From: Nitrosopumilus sp.
GTDB taxonomy: Archaea; Thermoproteota; Nitrososphaeria; Nitrososphaerales; Nitrosopumilaceae
Reading direction: 5' to 3'
Assembly: GCA_965205425.1 (NCBI GenBank)
Contig: CBDBGZ010000009.1
Coordinates: forward strand, 800,001-864,000
Length of the DNA: 64,000 bases
Positions 40,448-50,928 of the stretch are shown here, one piece after another. How positions within the stretch are numbered: position 1 is the first letter of the stretch; each line of letters starts with the position of its first letter. The position numbers and the translations under genes are program-made. The notes below the pieces were generated by a model. It ran no database searches and was not told the DNA's origin. It saw only the letters and a program-made list of their open reading frames with translations.

Positions 40448-41488
40448 CTATTTTCCCCCATTAACACTAAAACCACTCTCAATTTCATTAAAATGAACAA
40501 TTTTTAATTTTACATCTTTGAACCATTTTCTTACTTCTTTTTCTGAATGCCTGTATGCAAATTTTGGAAAATACCAATCATAATTTGTTGCTACACTTTG
40601 ATCAAATGGTACATCTGGAGACCACCAACACTTTAGAAAATTCCAATACAAAAATCTCTGAACATCATATGTTCCTGCTTTAATTTTGAGAATAGGGATA
40701 TCTTCAGCAATAGTAATTTTCTTTTTTAATTGAGAAACACTTTTTCCTAATAATGCCATACTTTTAGAAAATTCCATACATTGTTTTTCAGTCATTTTAA
40801 TTGTAGATTCTCTAATGTGGTCATCTGCAAATTCACGTAAAGGTCCTTTTTTTCTATAAACATAAATTGAAATCATACCTTTTTTTACCAATAATTTTGA
40901 GAGCATTTTGAATGAAGATTCTGTATCTTTGGTATGATGTAACACTTGATCAGAACAAACAAAGTCAAAGAAATTTTTCTTAAATGGCAGTTTTCTGATA
41001 TCAGCTTGTAAAAAATGAATGTTTTTTATTTTACCGTATTTTTTATAAGCAAATTCTATGCTTTCACTGGCATCTATTCCAAATACTTGAGCATTTGGAT
41101 TTGATGAAAATAATTTTGCACTGTTTCCAACTCCTGTTCCAGCATCAAGGATTTTCGAACGTGTTTTCAAAAAACTATTTAATTTTGAGACGGATTTCCA
41201 CCCGAATCTTTCCAAAAACCATTTTTTTTGGTTTTCTACCCATTTTTTATCATGATATGTTTTATTGAAGTTTCTCCATTTTGATGAAAATGCATCTCTC
41301 GTTTTTACAAAATCTTTCTGTTTATCTGAAACAAGACGAGGTATTCCTCTAATAATTGAAAAACTATGTTTTTTAGAACATGTTAAAACCCCTTCAATAA
41401 TTTCTGCATTTTGTTTTTTCTTTATTTTTAGTGAAAAATTAGTATGACATTCAGGACAAATAATCTGCTCTACTAGTTCTAATTTCAA
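40448..41488 (-). CDS. Class I SAM methyltransferase with N-terminal Trm112-like domain
   Basis: CPEC...C..H.F.I..GIPRL; LDAGTGVG; VLHHT. Confidence 0.87.
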   Translation of the reverse strand: MKLELVEQIICPECHTNFSLKIKKKQNAEIIEGVLTCSKKHSFSIIRGIPRLVSDKQKDFVKTRDAFSSKWRNFNKTYHDKKWVENQKKWFLERFGWKSVSKLNSFLKTRSKILDAGTGVGNSAKLFSSNPNAQVFGIDASESIEFAYKKYGKIKNIHFLQADIRKLPFKKNFFDFVCSDQVLHHTKDTESSFKMLSKLLVKKGMISIYVYRKKGPLREFADDHIRESTIKMTEKQCMEFSKSMALLGKSVSQLKKKITIAEDIPILKIKAGTYDVQRFLYWNFLKCWWSPDVPFDQSVATNYDWYFPKFAYRHSEKEVRKWFKDVKLKIVHFNEIESGFSVNGGK

Positions 41489-41543
41489 TAATTAGTGTGA
41501 TTTTTTGGGCAAATAAAAATTAGTTGTATTTGTTATGATATTT

Positions 41544-42755
41544 TTAAACAGATAATTTTGTTTCAGGATTCATTTCTTTTGTAACAAAAATTCTATACCA
41601 AATCTCAAATGCTAGTATTCCTAAGAATTTATTGACATATCTAACATCTTCTTTTTCATCAAGTTTTTTAAGAGATTTTTCAATCCAATCCCCACCAATC
41701 CATTTATCTTTAACAATTCTTGCATTGTCTAAATAATGTCTACATAACTTTTTCCCATGAGAGTTCCACAAATTAATTGTATTTACTGAGAAACCTTGTT
41801 TGTTAGGGGTGATAAGATCTGGAGAAATATGTTTAGCTAAAATTTCTCGTAATGGAATTTTTCCAACACTGTTTTTAGTATTGTATTTAATAGAATTCTT
41901 TAGATGTGGAGCATATTCCATTAGTTCTTTTGATAAAATAGGTGTGATTGGTTTAAGATTAAAAAATTTATGAAAACTACTGTTCAGTGGAATCCAGTTA
42001 TACAACAATTTTCCATTAATATCTGCTAGAAATACTTGATCTAATGGAGATAATGAATTATCGAAATATGGAATAATTTTTGAATAAATATCGCCCCAGA
42101 CAAAATTTGCTTTTGATCCAAATAATTCTGATTGATCAGGAACCCAGTCACGTTCATGACATTCTAAATATAATTTTGTTTTATCTAATGGAGTCATATC
42201 TGAATTAAAATTAGTTAAAAATTTCTTGTATCTGAAGGTGTATCCTCCAAATAATTCATCACCTCCATCACCTGAAACAAGAGATGTTGAAAATTTTGAA
42301 GCAGTTTTTACAATATGAAACCAATGAGTGTCCCAAAAAGGCATTTTGATAATACTAATAGCTTTTGGAAGATCTTCTAGAAAATTTTCTATTGAAATAA
42401 TGTGATGTTCTGCATTGAATTTATTTGCAATATTGGTAGCGATTCCTGTTTCATCAACACTATCTGCAAATTTTAAAGATATAGCATCAATTTTGATATC
42501 AGGCATTGAATTACGAAGTAATGCCGTTACAAGTGTTGAATCAACTCCTCCACTTAGAGCAATTGAAACATGTTGTTCATTCACTTCGTTTTTAATAACT
42601 GAGGAAATTGAATTTTCAATATGTTGTAAATAATTTGGTTTTTCTTCAGGTAGAAAATCATTTGAAACAAATTTCTTTTTATCAATTTGTAATGATGGAC
42701 AATATCTTAAACTCAAAACTTCTTTAATTAATGAAGAATTTTTATCCATATCCAA
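41544..42755 (-). CDS. Asparagine synthase C-terminal (synthetase) domain protein
   Basis: LSGGVDS, SGDGGDELFGGY, GK..LR, KQGF; no Ntn glutaminase domain. Confidence 0.85.
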   Translation of the reverse strand: MDMDKNSSLIKEVLSLRYCPSLQIDKKKFVSNDFLPEEKPNYLQHIENSISSVIKNEVNEQHVSIALSGGVDSTLVTALLRNSMPDIKIDAISLKFADSVDETGIATNIANKFNAEHHIISIENFLEDLPKAISIIKMPFWDTHWFHIVKTASKFSTSLVSGDGGDELFGGYTFRYKKFLTNFNSDMTPLDKTKLYLECHERDWVPDQSELFGSKANFVWGDIYSKIIPYFDNSLSPLDQVFLADINGKLLYNWIPLNSSFHKFFNLKPITPILSKELMEYAPHLKNSIKYNTKNSVGKIPLREILAKHISPDLITPNKQGFSVNTINLWNSHGKKLCRHYLDNARIVKDKWIGGDWIEKSLKKLDEKEDVRYVNKFLGILAFEIWYRIFVTKEMNPETKLSV

Positions 42756-42851
42756 TATTCATTACCTGTTATAATTCATATTTTTCTGTGTTTATAAGAT
42801 TCTATTTTTTAATTTGTTAAGACTTAAAGATGTGCTAGATTCAACAAACAC

Positions 42852-43751
42852 GTGAAATTTGTTATTACTGGTGGTGCAGGATTTATTGGAAGCCATATTG
42901 CAAAACATCTCCTATCCAAAAATCATGAAGTTACTGTTGTTGATAATTTCTCACGAGGAAGATTAGAAAATCTATCTGGGGTTGAAGAAAAAATTGAATT
43001 TAAAAAAATTGATATATTAGATTTTGACTCGTTAAAAACTATAATTTCTGACTCAGATGGAATTTTTCATCAAGCTGCTTTAACCTCCGTGCCTGAATCA
43101 TTCATTCAAAAAGAAAAATATCAGAATGTGAATGTAGATGGGACTGAAAACATTTTCAAATTGGCTAAGGAATTGGAAAAAAAAGTTGTGTATGCAAGTA
43201 GCTCAAGTGTATATGGAAATACTAGTGTAACTCCTATCACTGAAGATTTTGATAAAAATCCCATTAATCCATATGGAATAACAAAATTAGATGATGAAAA
43301 ACTTGCAAAAAAATATCATGATTTAGGAGTCTCAATAATTGGTTTGAGATATTTTAATGTCTATGGGATTGGACAAACTAATGATTATGCAGGAGTAATA
43401 ACAAAATTCTTTGATCAGATCAAACTAAATCGATCTCCAATAGTTTTTGGTGATGGTTCTCATACACGAGATTTTGTTTCAGTAAAAGATATTGCAAAAG
43501 CTAATTTACTTTCAATGGAAAGTAATACTGATTTCTCATTTCTAAACATTGGAACTGGAATTCCAACATCTGTTAAAGAATTAGCTCAATTAATGATTAA
43601 ACTTTCTGAAAAATCACTAGAAATCAAATATGATGAATTGCCCCAAGGTGATGTTAAAGAAAGCCTTGCTGATGTATCTCTTGCAAAAAAACTAATTGGT
43701 TGGAATTATGAAACATCTTTAAAAGACGGTTTAAAAAAATTCTTTTTTTAA
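42852..43751 (+). CDS. NAD-dependent nucleotide-sugar epimerase
   Basis: TGGAGFIG, ASSSSVYG, YGITK, LRYFNVYG. Confidence 0.92.
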   Translation: MKFVITGGAGFIGSHIAKHLLSKNHEVTVVDNFSRGRLENLSGVEEKIEFKKIDILDFDSLKTIISDSDGIFHQAALTSVPESFIQKEKYQNVNVDGTENIFKLAKELEKKVVYASSSSVYGNTSVTPITEDFDKNPINPYGITKLDDEKLAKKYHDLGVSIIGLRYFNVYGIGQTNDYAGVITKFFDQIKLNRSPIVFGDGSHTRDFVSVKDIAKANLLSMESNTDFSFLNIGTGIPTSVKELAQLMIKLSEKSLEIKYDELPQGDVKESLADVSLAKKLIGWNYETSLKDGLKKFFF

Positions 43752-44698
43752 GAATTTACTAAATTTTCATAAAATTTAACATATTCAGGAAGCAAAACTT
43801 CCCATGTTAAATTATTTATTACAAATTCGTAACCCGCATCTGAAAGCCTTGCCGCTGTTTTATTATCTACAAGTAATTCATTGATATTTTTTAGTAATAT
43901 TTCTGAATTGTTTGGAGGAATTAGAATACCTGATACATTATCTGTGATTAATTCAGGAATTCCACCTACATTAGTTGCAATAATTGGTATTTTGAGATAA
44001 AATGCTTCTTTAATGACCTGAGGAATACTCTCCATTCTTGAAGGGATTACTAAAATGCTTGATGCCTTAAGATTCTCCATTGCATCTTCCCATTTCATTT
44101 CCGTACAATAGATAACTTTTCCATTGATTTTTGGTTCAATCTCTTTTAGAATGTCTATACCTTTTTCATAACTATCTCTTCCAATGAAAATTATTTGGCT
44201 TTCATTTTTTTCTACATTTTTTAATTTTTCAAACTTTTTAATATCTAATGGGGCATAGAAAAACTCAAAGTCTAGATTTAATTTTTCTTTGTACATTTTT
44301 TTAACAACTTTAGAATCAGTTGTAAGTTTGTCCGCCCATTTCAAAACTTTTGTTTCAGTTACTTTTGCAACGGCAGATGTAGTTTTGGAATGTAATGCAT
44401 CTACTTGTTCAGAATATATTCCATGAATAGATAAGACCTTTTTCTTTGCTTTTGTATACTTCATTGCAAAAGCTGATGGAACATTAAATGCATGGATAAC
44501 ATCATATTTTTCCCTTCCCATCATTGCTTTCAAAGAACTTAATAGTGCAAAGCTTGGATTCTTTAATTTTTTAATTGGAATATGAGATATATGCATTAGT
44601 TTTATTTCAAATCCATGTTCTTGTAATTTTTCAGCTACTCTAGCGGCGTGCCCCCCAATTCCCCCAGAATATTTTGGAGCAATAAATAAAATTTTCAT
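43748..44698 (-). CDS. Glycosyltransferase family 4
   Basis: KG.D.L, PSRMESIPQVIKEA, TNVGGIPE. Confidence 0.9.
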   Translation of the reverse strand: MKILFIAPKYSGGIGGHAARVAEKLQEHGFEIKLMHISHIPIKKLKNPSFALLSSLKAMMGREKYDVIHAFNVPSAFAMKYTKAKKKVLSIHGIYSEQVDALHSKTTSAVAKVTETKVLKWADKLTTDSKVVKKMYKEKLNLDFEFFYAPLDIKKFEKLKNVEKNESQIIFIGRDSYEKGIDILKEIEPKINGKVIYCTEMKWEDAMENLKASSILVIPSRMESIPQVIKEAFYLKIPIIATNVGGIPELITDNVSGILIPPNNSEILLKNINELLVDNKTAARLSDAGYEFVINNLTWEVLLPEYVKFYENLVNS

Positions 44699-44835
44699 TT
44701 CTCTACAAAAATTATTAAAATTCTTTCCTTAATGAATATGCCCAGAATAAATTGTAGACGAATTAACAAAAAATCTATACAATCAAACTTTCTATACCAA
44801 TAATAGTATCTATAGATAATGGAAGTTGGAATTAG

Positions 44836-45906
44836 ATGAAAGTAGCTATAGTTTTAGGAACAAGACCTGAAATCATCAAACTTGCACCAATAATTAGAAA
44901 GATTGGCTCTAAAAATTGTTCTGTAATCTTTTCTGGTCAGCATTATGATAATCAAATGGGATTGGGATTTATGCGTGAATTAGGTTTACCAAAACCCAAC
45001 TATTCATTAAATATAACAAAATCAAATTCGCAATTGCAAATAAGTGAAATAATTGCAAAATTGTCAAAAATTCTACTAAAAGAAGAACCTGATACAGTAA
45101 TGATTCAAGGTGATACAAACACTGTTTTGGCAGCAGGAATTTGTTCTTTAAAATCTGATATTCCAATCAGTCATGTTGAATCTGGATTGAGAAGTAATGA
45201 TTGGAGAATGCCAGAAGAGCATAATAGAATTACCGTAGATCATATATCTGAATTATTATTTTCTCCAACTCAAAACACAAAATCTAATTTAATATCTGAA
45301 AAAGTACATGGCCAAATATTTGTAACTGGAAACACAGTAATTGATGCAATAAACATTTATTCTAAAATTTCAAAAAATAAATCTCAGTTAACTATTCCAT
45401 CATCAGATTTTATTTTATTAACTTTACATAGAGCAGAAAATGTAGATAACAAAAAAATATTATCTTCTATAATAAAAGGAATAGTTAATTCCAATGAGAA
45501 TATTATTTTCCCAATACACCCTAGAACAAAAAAACGTCTTCATGAATTTAATTTACATAAAAAATTATCTCAAAATAAAAATATTCAAATAATTAATTCT
45601 GTAGGATATTTTGAAATACTTGAGCTAATGAAAAATTGTAGTTTTATTGTAACTGATTCAGGAGGAATTCAAGAGGAAGCTACTTCACCAATAATTAGAA
45701 AAAAAGTTTTGGTGGTAAGAAAAACAACTGATCGACCTGAAGCTGTTGAAAATAAAATGGCTCAAGTTATTGGATTTGATGAAAAAACTATCTCAAATAC
45801 AATTAAAAAAACTATGAAAAATCCTAAACTATTTTCACGTAAAACACCTTATGGAAAAGGTGACGCTAGTGAAAAAATTCTTAAAATCTTAAAAAAGAAC
45901 TTTTAG
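44836..45906 (+). CDS. wecB: UDP-GlcNAc 2-epimerase (non-hydrolysing)
   Basis: GTRPEIIK, GQHYD, QGDTNT, HVESGLRS, PEEHNR, TDSGGIQEEA. Confidence 0.94.
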   Translation: MKVAIVLGTRPEIIKLAPIIRKIGSKNCSVIFSGQHYDNQMGLGFMRELGLPKPNYSLNITKSNSQLQISEIIAKLSKILLKEEPDTVMIQGDTNTVLAAGICSLKSDIPISHVESGLRSNDWRMPEEHNRITVDHISELLFSPTQNTKSNLISEKVHGQIFVTGNTVIDAINIYSKISKNKSQLTIPSSDFILLTLHRAENVDNKKILSSIIKGIVNSNENIIFPIHPRTKKRLHEFNLHKKLSQNKNIQIINSVGYFEILELMKNCSFIVTDSGGIQEEATSPIIRKKVLVVRKTTDRPEAVENKMAQVIGFDEKTISNTIKKTMKNPKLFSRKTPYGKGDASEKILKILKKNF

Positions 45907-47045
45907 ATTTTTTTAGATTCTTCTATGATATTTTTTACAACTATATCCCATGAAAATTTTTGAACCATTTTTGATGATTCAATTCCCATTTCCTTAATTT
46001 TTTTTGGTTGGTTTAATAATAAAATAATTTTTTCAGCCAAATCATTTGCATTTTCAATAAAATATCCATTTTTTTCATTTTCTAAAACATCTTCAGGTAA
46101 TGTTCCTTTTTGGGCTAAAATGGGTAATGAAACTGTCATGTACTCTAAAACTTTGATTGGAAGAGCTCTTGATGTTACATCTGTTAATCTAAGTGGTCCT
46201 ATACCAATTGAAGCATCTGAAATATTCTCAGGAATCTGCTCTCTTTTAATCCATCCTTTAAATTCGACTGAATTTCCTAATTTATTTTTTAAAACAATTT
46301 CTTTTAATTTATCCATCTCAGCACCACTACCTAACAAAACAAATCTTGCATCAGGAATTTTTTTAATTACAGATGGAATTGCTTCAAGTAAAATATCTAA
46401 ACCTCTATGATAATACATTGCACCTGCAAAAACAATTTTCTTTGGATTCTTTTCATTAGTAATATCAAATAAAGATAAATCTACACCGTTTGGAATTATT
46501 GATATTTTTTCTTGTTTTACACCATATTTATCAATGATAATTTTTTTTGTCTCATTATTTGAAACAAGAATTTTAGTTCCAGATCTAAGAGTTCTTCCGT
46601 TAATTATTTTTTCAATTTTTCGTTGTAATGATTTTATCCCAGATGCTTTTTCATAAATAGCATCATCTATTTTAACAATAGATGAAATACCTAATTCTTT
46701 TGCAGCTTCTACTGCAGCTTTTGGAACCAGATGAAATGGATGAAATATTGTAAAAACAAAATCAAATTCATTTGATTTCCCTATTTCTATGGCAGTTTTT
46801 TTAATGTTAGATTGACATCGTCGTGCAGCTACTTTGATTTTAGTACGTGAAGGAGTTTCTGTTCGTATGACTTTAATTTTTGAGTTTATTTTAGGATTAA
46901 ATTGTTCTCCATTCCAATCAAGATCAGGTGTGATCACTGTAACATCGTTTCCCAATTCAACAAATTTGTTAATAATATCTGTAATTACTACAACACCTCC
47001 TCCACTAATTGGTGGAAAATGAAATACTAAGACTAAAATTTTCAC
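45903..47045 (-). CDS. Glycosyltransferase family 4
   Basis: FPP..GG, IPNGVD, PIKVLEYM, FSWD. Confidence 0.9.
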   Translation of the reverse strand: MKILVLVFHFPPISGGGVVVITDIINKFVELGNDVTVITPDLDWNGEQFNPKINSKIKVIRTETPSRTKIKVAARRCQSNIKKTAIEIGKSNEFDFVFTIFHPFHLVPKAAVEAAKELGISSIVKIDDAIYEKASGIKSLQRKIEKIINGRTLRSGTKILVSNNETKKIIIDKYGVKQEKISIIPNGVDLSLFDITNEKNPKKIVFAGAMYYHRGLDILLEAIPSVIKKIPDARFVLLGSGAEMDKLKEIVLKNKLGNSVEFKGWIKREQIPENISDASIGIGPLRLTDVTSRALPIKVLEYMTVSLPILAQKGTLPEDVLENEKNGYFIENANDLAEKIILLLNQPKKIKEMGIESSKMVQKFSWDIVVKNIIEESKKI

Positions 47046-47088
47046 TGTCTTTAGGCTTTTTAAGGAACAAAAAAAGTGTTACCTCGTA

Positions 47089-48225
47089 TTGAATTCTTCA
47101 TTTGAAAAGACAAAAAATTGGTTGCTAAATTCAGGAATTTTTGTATCAGAATCCTCAGATCCAAATTTTGGTGGAGTTCGTTCTTTTTATGATGAAAAAA
47201 ACAAAGAATTTGCGTTTTTGTACCCTGAAATTACTGGATATTATGCAAGTACAATGAGATTTTTGTATGAGCATGAAAAAAATGAAAAATATCTTCATTT
47301 TGCAAAGGCATCATGTAATTGGTTAATTGATTTGTATGAAAAATTTGGTGGAATAATTCAAGGAATTTCACCTCAAGGAGTTACTAAAAAATATGTTTAT
47401 TCTTTTGATACTGGAATTTGTTCAAAAGGATTATTGGATTGTTACATGATTTCAAAAGATAACAAATTTCTTGAATATGCACAAAAATTAAACAACTGGA
47501 TTTTATCTGACACAATTGAAAATGATGGTATAGTAAAACCAGTAAAAAATCTAGAAACTGATAAATTTGAAATTGATGATAAAGTATGGTATAAAAAATC
47601 TGGATGCTTGCACATTAAATTAACAATTCCATTATTGCAACTTTATACAATTACAAATGATGAAACTTCATTAAATGCTGCAAAGAAAATTGCAAATTCA
47701 ATAATTCATTTTCAACAATCTGATGGAAGTATTTTACTTCATAAAAATAGTAAAGTGATCAATCTTCATACTTTGTTATATGCATTGGAGGGATTAATTC
47801 ACACCTATAATGTTACAAAAGATAAAAATTATCTAAACAGTTGTAAAAAAGCAGTTAATTGGTGTGAAAATCAAATTCAATCTGATGGAAGTATAGATTT
47901 ATGGTTTAATTCTAGACATCATTCAAAGTCAAGTTATCCTATTGCACAATTAATTAGATTAAAAATATTATTAGCAAAACTAGAACAGAAAAATCTTGAT
48001 CAAACTATTGAAAAATTACAATCCTTTTTGCTCTCTTTACAGGCACAAAATACAGATAAATTTGTTAATGGTGGATTTTATGAAGAATTTGGAAAATCTA
48101 TTTTTGGATGGAAGAAAACTCTAAAAGTTAATTCATGGGGTACAATGTTTTCTATGCAAGCATTATTTTGGTTAGATAATTTTTCAGAAATAAATTTTGA
48201 AAAAGAAACAGAATTACTATATTGA
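47089..48225 (+). CDS. Alpha/alpha-toroid protein associated with glycan biosynthesis
   Basis: YPEITGY, FDTG, repeated Q.DGS, H...YALEG; function unassigned. Confidence 0.6.
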   Translation: MNSSFEKTKNWLLNSGIFVSESSDPNFGGVRSFYDEKNKEFAFLYPEITGYYASTMRFLYEHEKNEKYLHFAKASCNWLIDLYEKFGGIIQGISPQGVTKKYVYSFDTGICSKGLLDCYMISKDNKFLEYAQKLNNWILSDTIENDGIVKPVKNLETDKFEIDDKVWYKKSGCLHIKLTIPLLQLYTITNDETSLNAAKKIANSIIHFQQSDGSILLHKNSKVINLHTLLYALEGLIHTYNVTKDKNYLNSCKKAVNWCENQIQSDGSIDLWFNSRHHSKSSYPIAQLIRLKILLAKLEQKNLDQTIEKLQSFLLSLQAQNTDKFVNGGFYEEFGKSIFGWKKTLKVNSWGTMFSMQALFWLDNFSEINFEKETELLY

Positions 48226-48227
48226 TA

Positions 48228-49577
48228 TTAATTTCCTAGATATTCTAAATGGGAATTTGATTGTGAATTCTTCAATAGTTTACTTTGACAATCATATATG
48301 AGCGGAATTAATGATTTATCATAAATTTCTTTAATTCTTGATTTATTTTCATCATGATGTTGAACTATACACATGCAACTAATTTCTTTTATTGTTTCAT
48401 CATTCAAATTATCTAATTTTGTAAAGTTAAATTCTGAAATATGATTTTCAATTAAATACTTTCCAGCTAAATCTGAATTAAAAAATGGATCATATCCAAA
48501 AATTTCAAAACCTTTCTCTTTTAATTCTTGAATGATTTTAAAACTTGGAGAATCTCTCATGTCTTCTACATTTGCTTTATATGATAAACCACATATCAAA
48601 ACTTTTCTTCCCAATTCTTGACTTTGAAGTTTTTCTTTAATGGAGTTTGCGATGTATTTTGGCATTTGTTCATTAATTTTCAATGCATGTTCAATTGTAT
48701 CAAATTTTATTCCTAATTTTTTTGCAGATTCTAACAAAAATCGTGGATCTTTAGGTATGCAATGTCCACCAGCTCCTGCGCCTGGATAGTGAGGCAAAAA
48801 GCCAAATGGTTTAGTTGATGCTGCATCAATAATTTCTTTAACATTGACATCTAATTTATCGCATAATATAGCAAGTTCATTTACTAATGTGATATTTACC
48901 AATCTAAAGGCATTTTCAAAGGATTTTACAATTTCTGCAATTTTAGGAGAATCAACTTTTAATAAATTTCCACCATTGACATGAAGATAAATTCCCTTAG
49001 CAATGTCAAAACTTGAGTTATCAGAGCAGTAAATCACTCTGGGAATATTTTCTATTCCCCATTCCTTATTGGATGGATCAATTCTTTCTGGACAAAAGCA
49101 TAAACCAAAATCTTTCCCGACTTTGAATCCTTTACTTTTGACAATATCACTAATTTCCTCGGTTGTACCTACTTCTATACTACTTTCTAATATTATCACA
49201 TTACCTGGTTTTGAACAATCAAGGAATGATTCTACAGCTGATTTTACAAATACATCCGAACTAATATCTTTAGTTGGAATTGGAGTTGGTACGCATATTA
49301 TTCCTACTTTAGAAATTGAAGAGTTAGATGGACTTGATTCTAATTTGATATTATTTTTTTGTCTACATTTGATGTATTCTTTTTCCAAATGTATTTCTGA
49401 ATCCATCAGTTTGTTGTTTTCTAATCTTTGGATTCTCTCTTGATTTACATCAATTCCAGTAACTTGAAAACCTGCAGAAGCTAAACGAACTGTTAATGGA
49501 AATCCTACATATCCTAACCCATAAATTTCTATATTTACTGATTTTTCCTTTATTGCATTTACAGTATTTTCTAACAT
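48228..49577 (-). CDS. UDP-N-acetylhexosamine 6-dehydrogenase (WecC/WbpA family)
   Basis: GLGYVG, CVPTP, PERIDP, EN.FR.VNI, GGHCIPKDP, YK.NV.D.RDSP. Confidence 0.92.
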   Translation of the reverse strand: MLENTVNAIKEKSVNIEIYGLGYVGFPLTVRLASAGFQVTGIDVNQERIQRLENNKLMDSEIHLEKEYIKCRQKNNIKLESSPSNSSISKVGIICVPTPIPTKDISSDVFVKSAVESFLDCSKPGNVIILESSIEVGTTEEISDIVKSKGFKVGKDFGLCFCPERIDPSNKEWGIENIPRVIYCSDNSSFDIAKGIYLHVNGGNLLKVDSPKIAEIVKSFENAFRLVNITLVNELAILCDKLDVNVKEIIDAASTKPFGFLPHYPGAGAGGHCIPKDPRFLLESAKKLGIKFDTIEHALKINEQMPKYIANSIKEKLQSQELGRKVLICGLSYKANVEDMRDSPSFKIIQELKEKGFEIFGYDPFFNSDLAGKYLIENHISEFNFTKLDNLNDETIKEISCMCIVQHHDENKSRIKEIYDKSLIPLIYDCQSKLLKNSQSNSHLEYLGN

Positions 49578-49638
49578 TTTAATTTCAACTACTCGAATTC
49601 AATATCCAACTATTTGTATTTTAGGAAACATATTCCCA

Positions 49639-50763
49639 TTAATTCCCTTTTGATAATTCTAAATAGATTTGTGCTTCTCTACTTTCAATAATTTTTGAAT
49701 CAAATTCCTTTGCCTTATTTTGGGATTTAATTGAAAGATTATTTCTTAAATCATGATTATCTAATAATTTTTTAATATTTTCTTCAAAAGAATCTGAATT
49801 TAAATTAGAAAATATTGCAATTTCTTCCAAACCTTCTGAAAATCCTTCCTTAGGAAATGGGATAACTACAGGTAGTCCTGAAGCCATTGCTTCGATAACT
49901 GGCATCGGTAAACTCTCAACTTCAGGATTGTATGCAAGAGCAAAAATTTCAGCTGATTTGTAATAATTTTGAATTTCATTATGATTCACCGATTTCAATA
50001 TAGTAATTTTATTATTCAGATTTTGTTTTTTAATAGATTCTTGTAAATCTTCGTATAGATCTCCATTTCCAATAATTAGTAAATGTGCATCAATATTCTT
50101 CATAGCATCGATAAGGCATTGATGATTTTTTACACTAATTAGACTGCCCACAGAAATTATTAATGAGTTGGGAAACGATTCTTTTTTTATTCCATTTGAA
50201 AATCGTTCTAAATCAATTTTATTATGTAACACTTCAACATTTTTTGAAGAATATTTTTGAACATATGGTTCAATTATCTTATAAACAACTGTAATTTTAT
50301 CAGCATTTTCTAATACAAATGGCTCGATAAATTTTTCAGTATATTTTAATGCAAAATATTTTTTTAAATTATTTTTTCTAGCAATTTTTCTATTAAAATC
50401 ATATTGAGTATGTAAAGAAAGATAAAATGGAATTTGTAATTTTTTTGCACATGTTGCAGCTAGCCATCCTTCAATGTATGGATTATATGCTCGAATTATA
50501 TCTGGTTTAATTTCATTTACAAGTTGTAATATTTTATCTACATTGTTTTTTCTAGTTTTTATTCCAATTTTTCCAATACTATGAATCTTGATTTTTGCAT
50601 TTCCAAATAAAATCTGACTTTCTGATTCTTCAATATCACTCTCAACAAGTGATATCACATGAATTTCATCAAAAATATTTTCTGGGTTATAATACCTCTC
50701 TTTTATTTCGCCCTTTTCAAAATATGATTTTAATGGATCGTTAGGAAAAACACATAATTTCAT
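49639..50763 (-). CDS. Glycosyltransferase family 4
   Basis: VG.L..VKN, ESLPMPVIEAMASGLPV. Confidence 0.9.
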   Translation of the reverse strand: MKLCVFPNDPLKSYFEKGEIKERYYNPENIFDEIHVISLVESDIEESESQILFGNAKIKIHSIGKIGIKTRKNNVDKILQLVNEIKPDIIRAYNPYIEGWLAATCAKKLQIPFYLSLHTQYDFNRKIARKNNLKKYFALKYTEKFIEPFVLENADKITVVYKIIEPYVQKYSSKNVEVLHNKIDLERFSNGIKKESFPNSLIISVGSLISVKNHQCLIDAMKNIDAHLLIIGNGDLYEDLQESIKKQNLNNKITILKSVNHNEIQNYYKSAEIFALAYNPEVESLPMPVIEAMASGLPVVIPFPKEGFSEGLEEIAIFSNLNSDSFEENIKKLLDNHDLRNNLSIKSQNKAKEFDSKIIESREAQIYLELSKGN

Positions 50764-50928
50764 TCTTATTCATATTGAAATTATCTAAAATTTATAGAAT
50801 TTTGTCTACATAATTCAATTGTAAAATAATTAAAAAATAGATCTTTAAATCATAAGAAAAATCAGTCGAAACACTAAGAAACTGTAGACAAAAACCCCCA
50901 TATAATTTCCATAAAAAATTAGTATGTA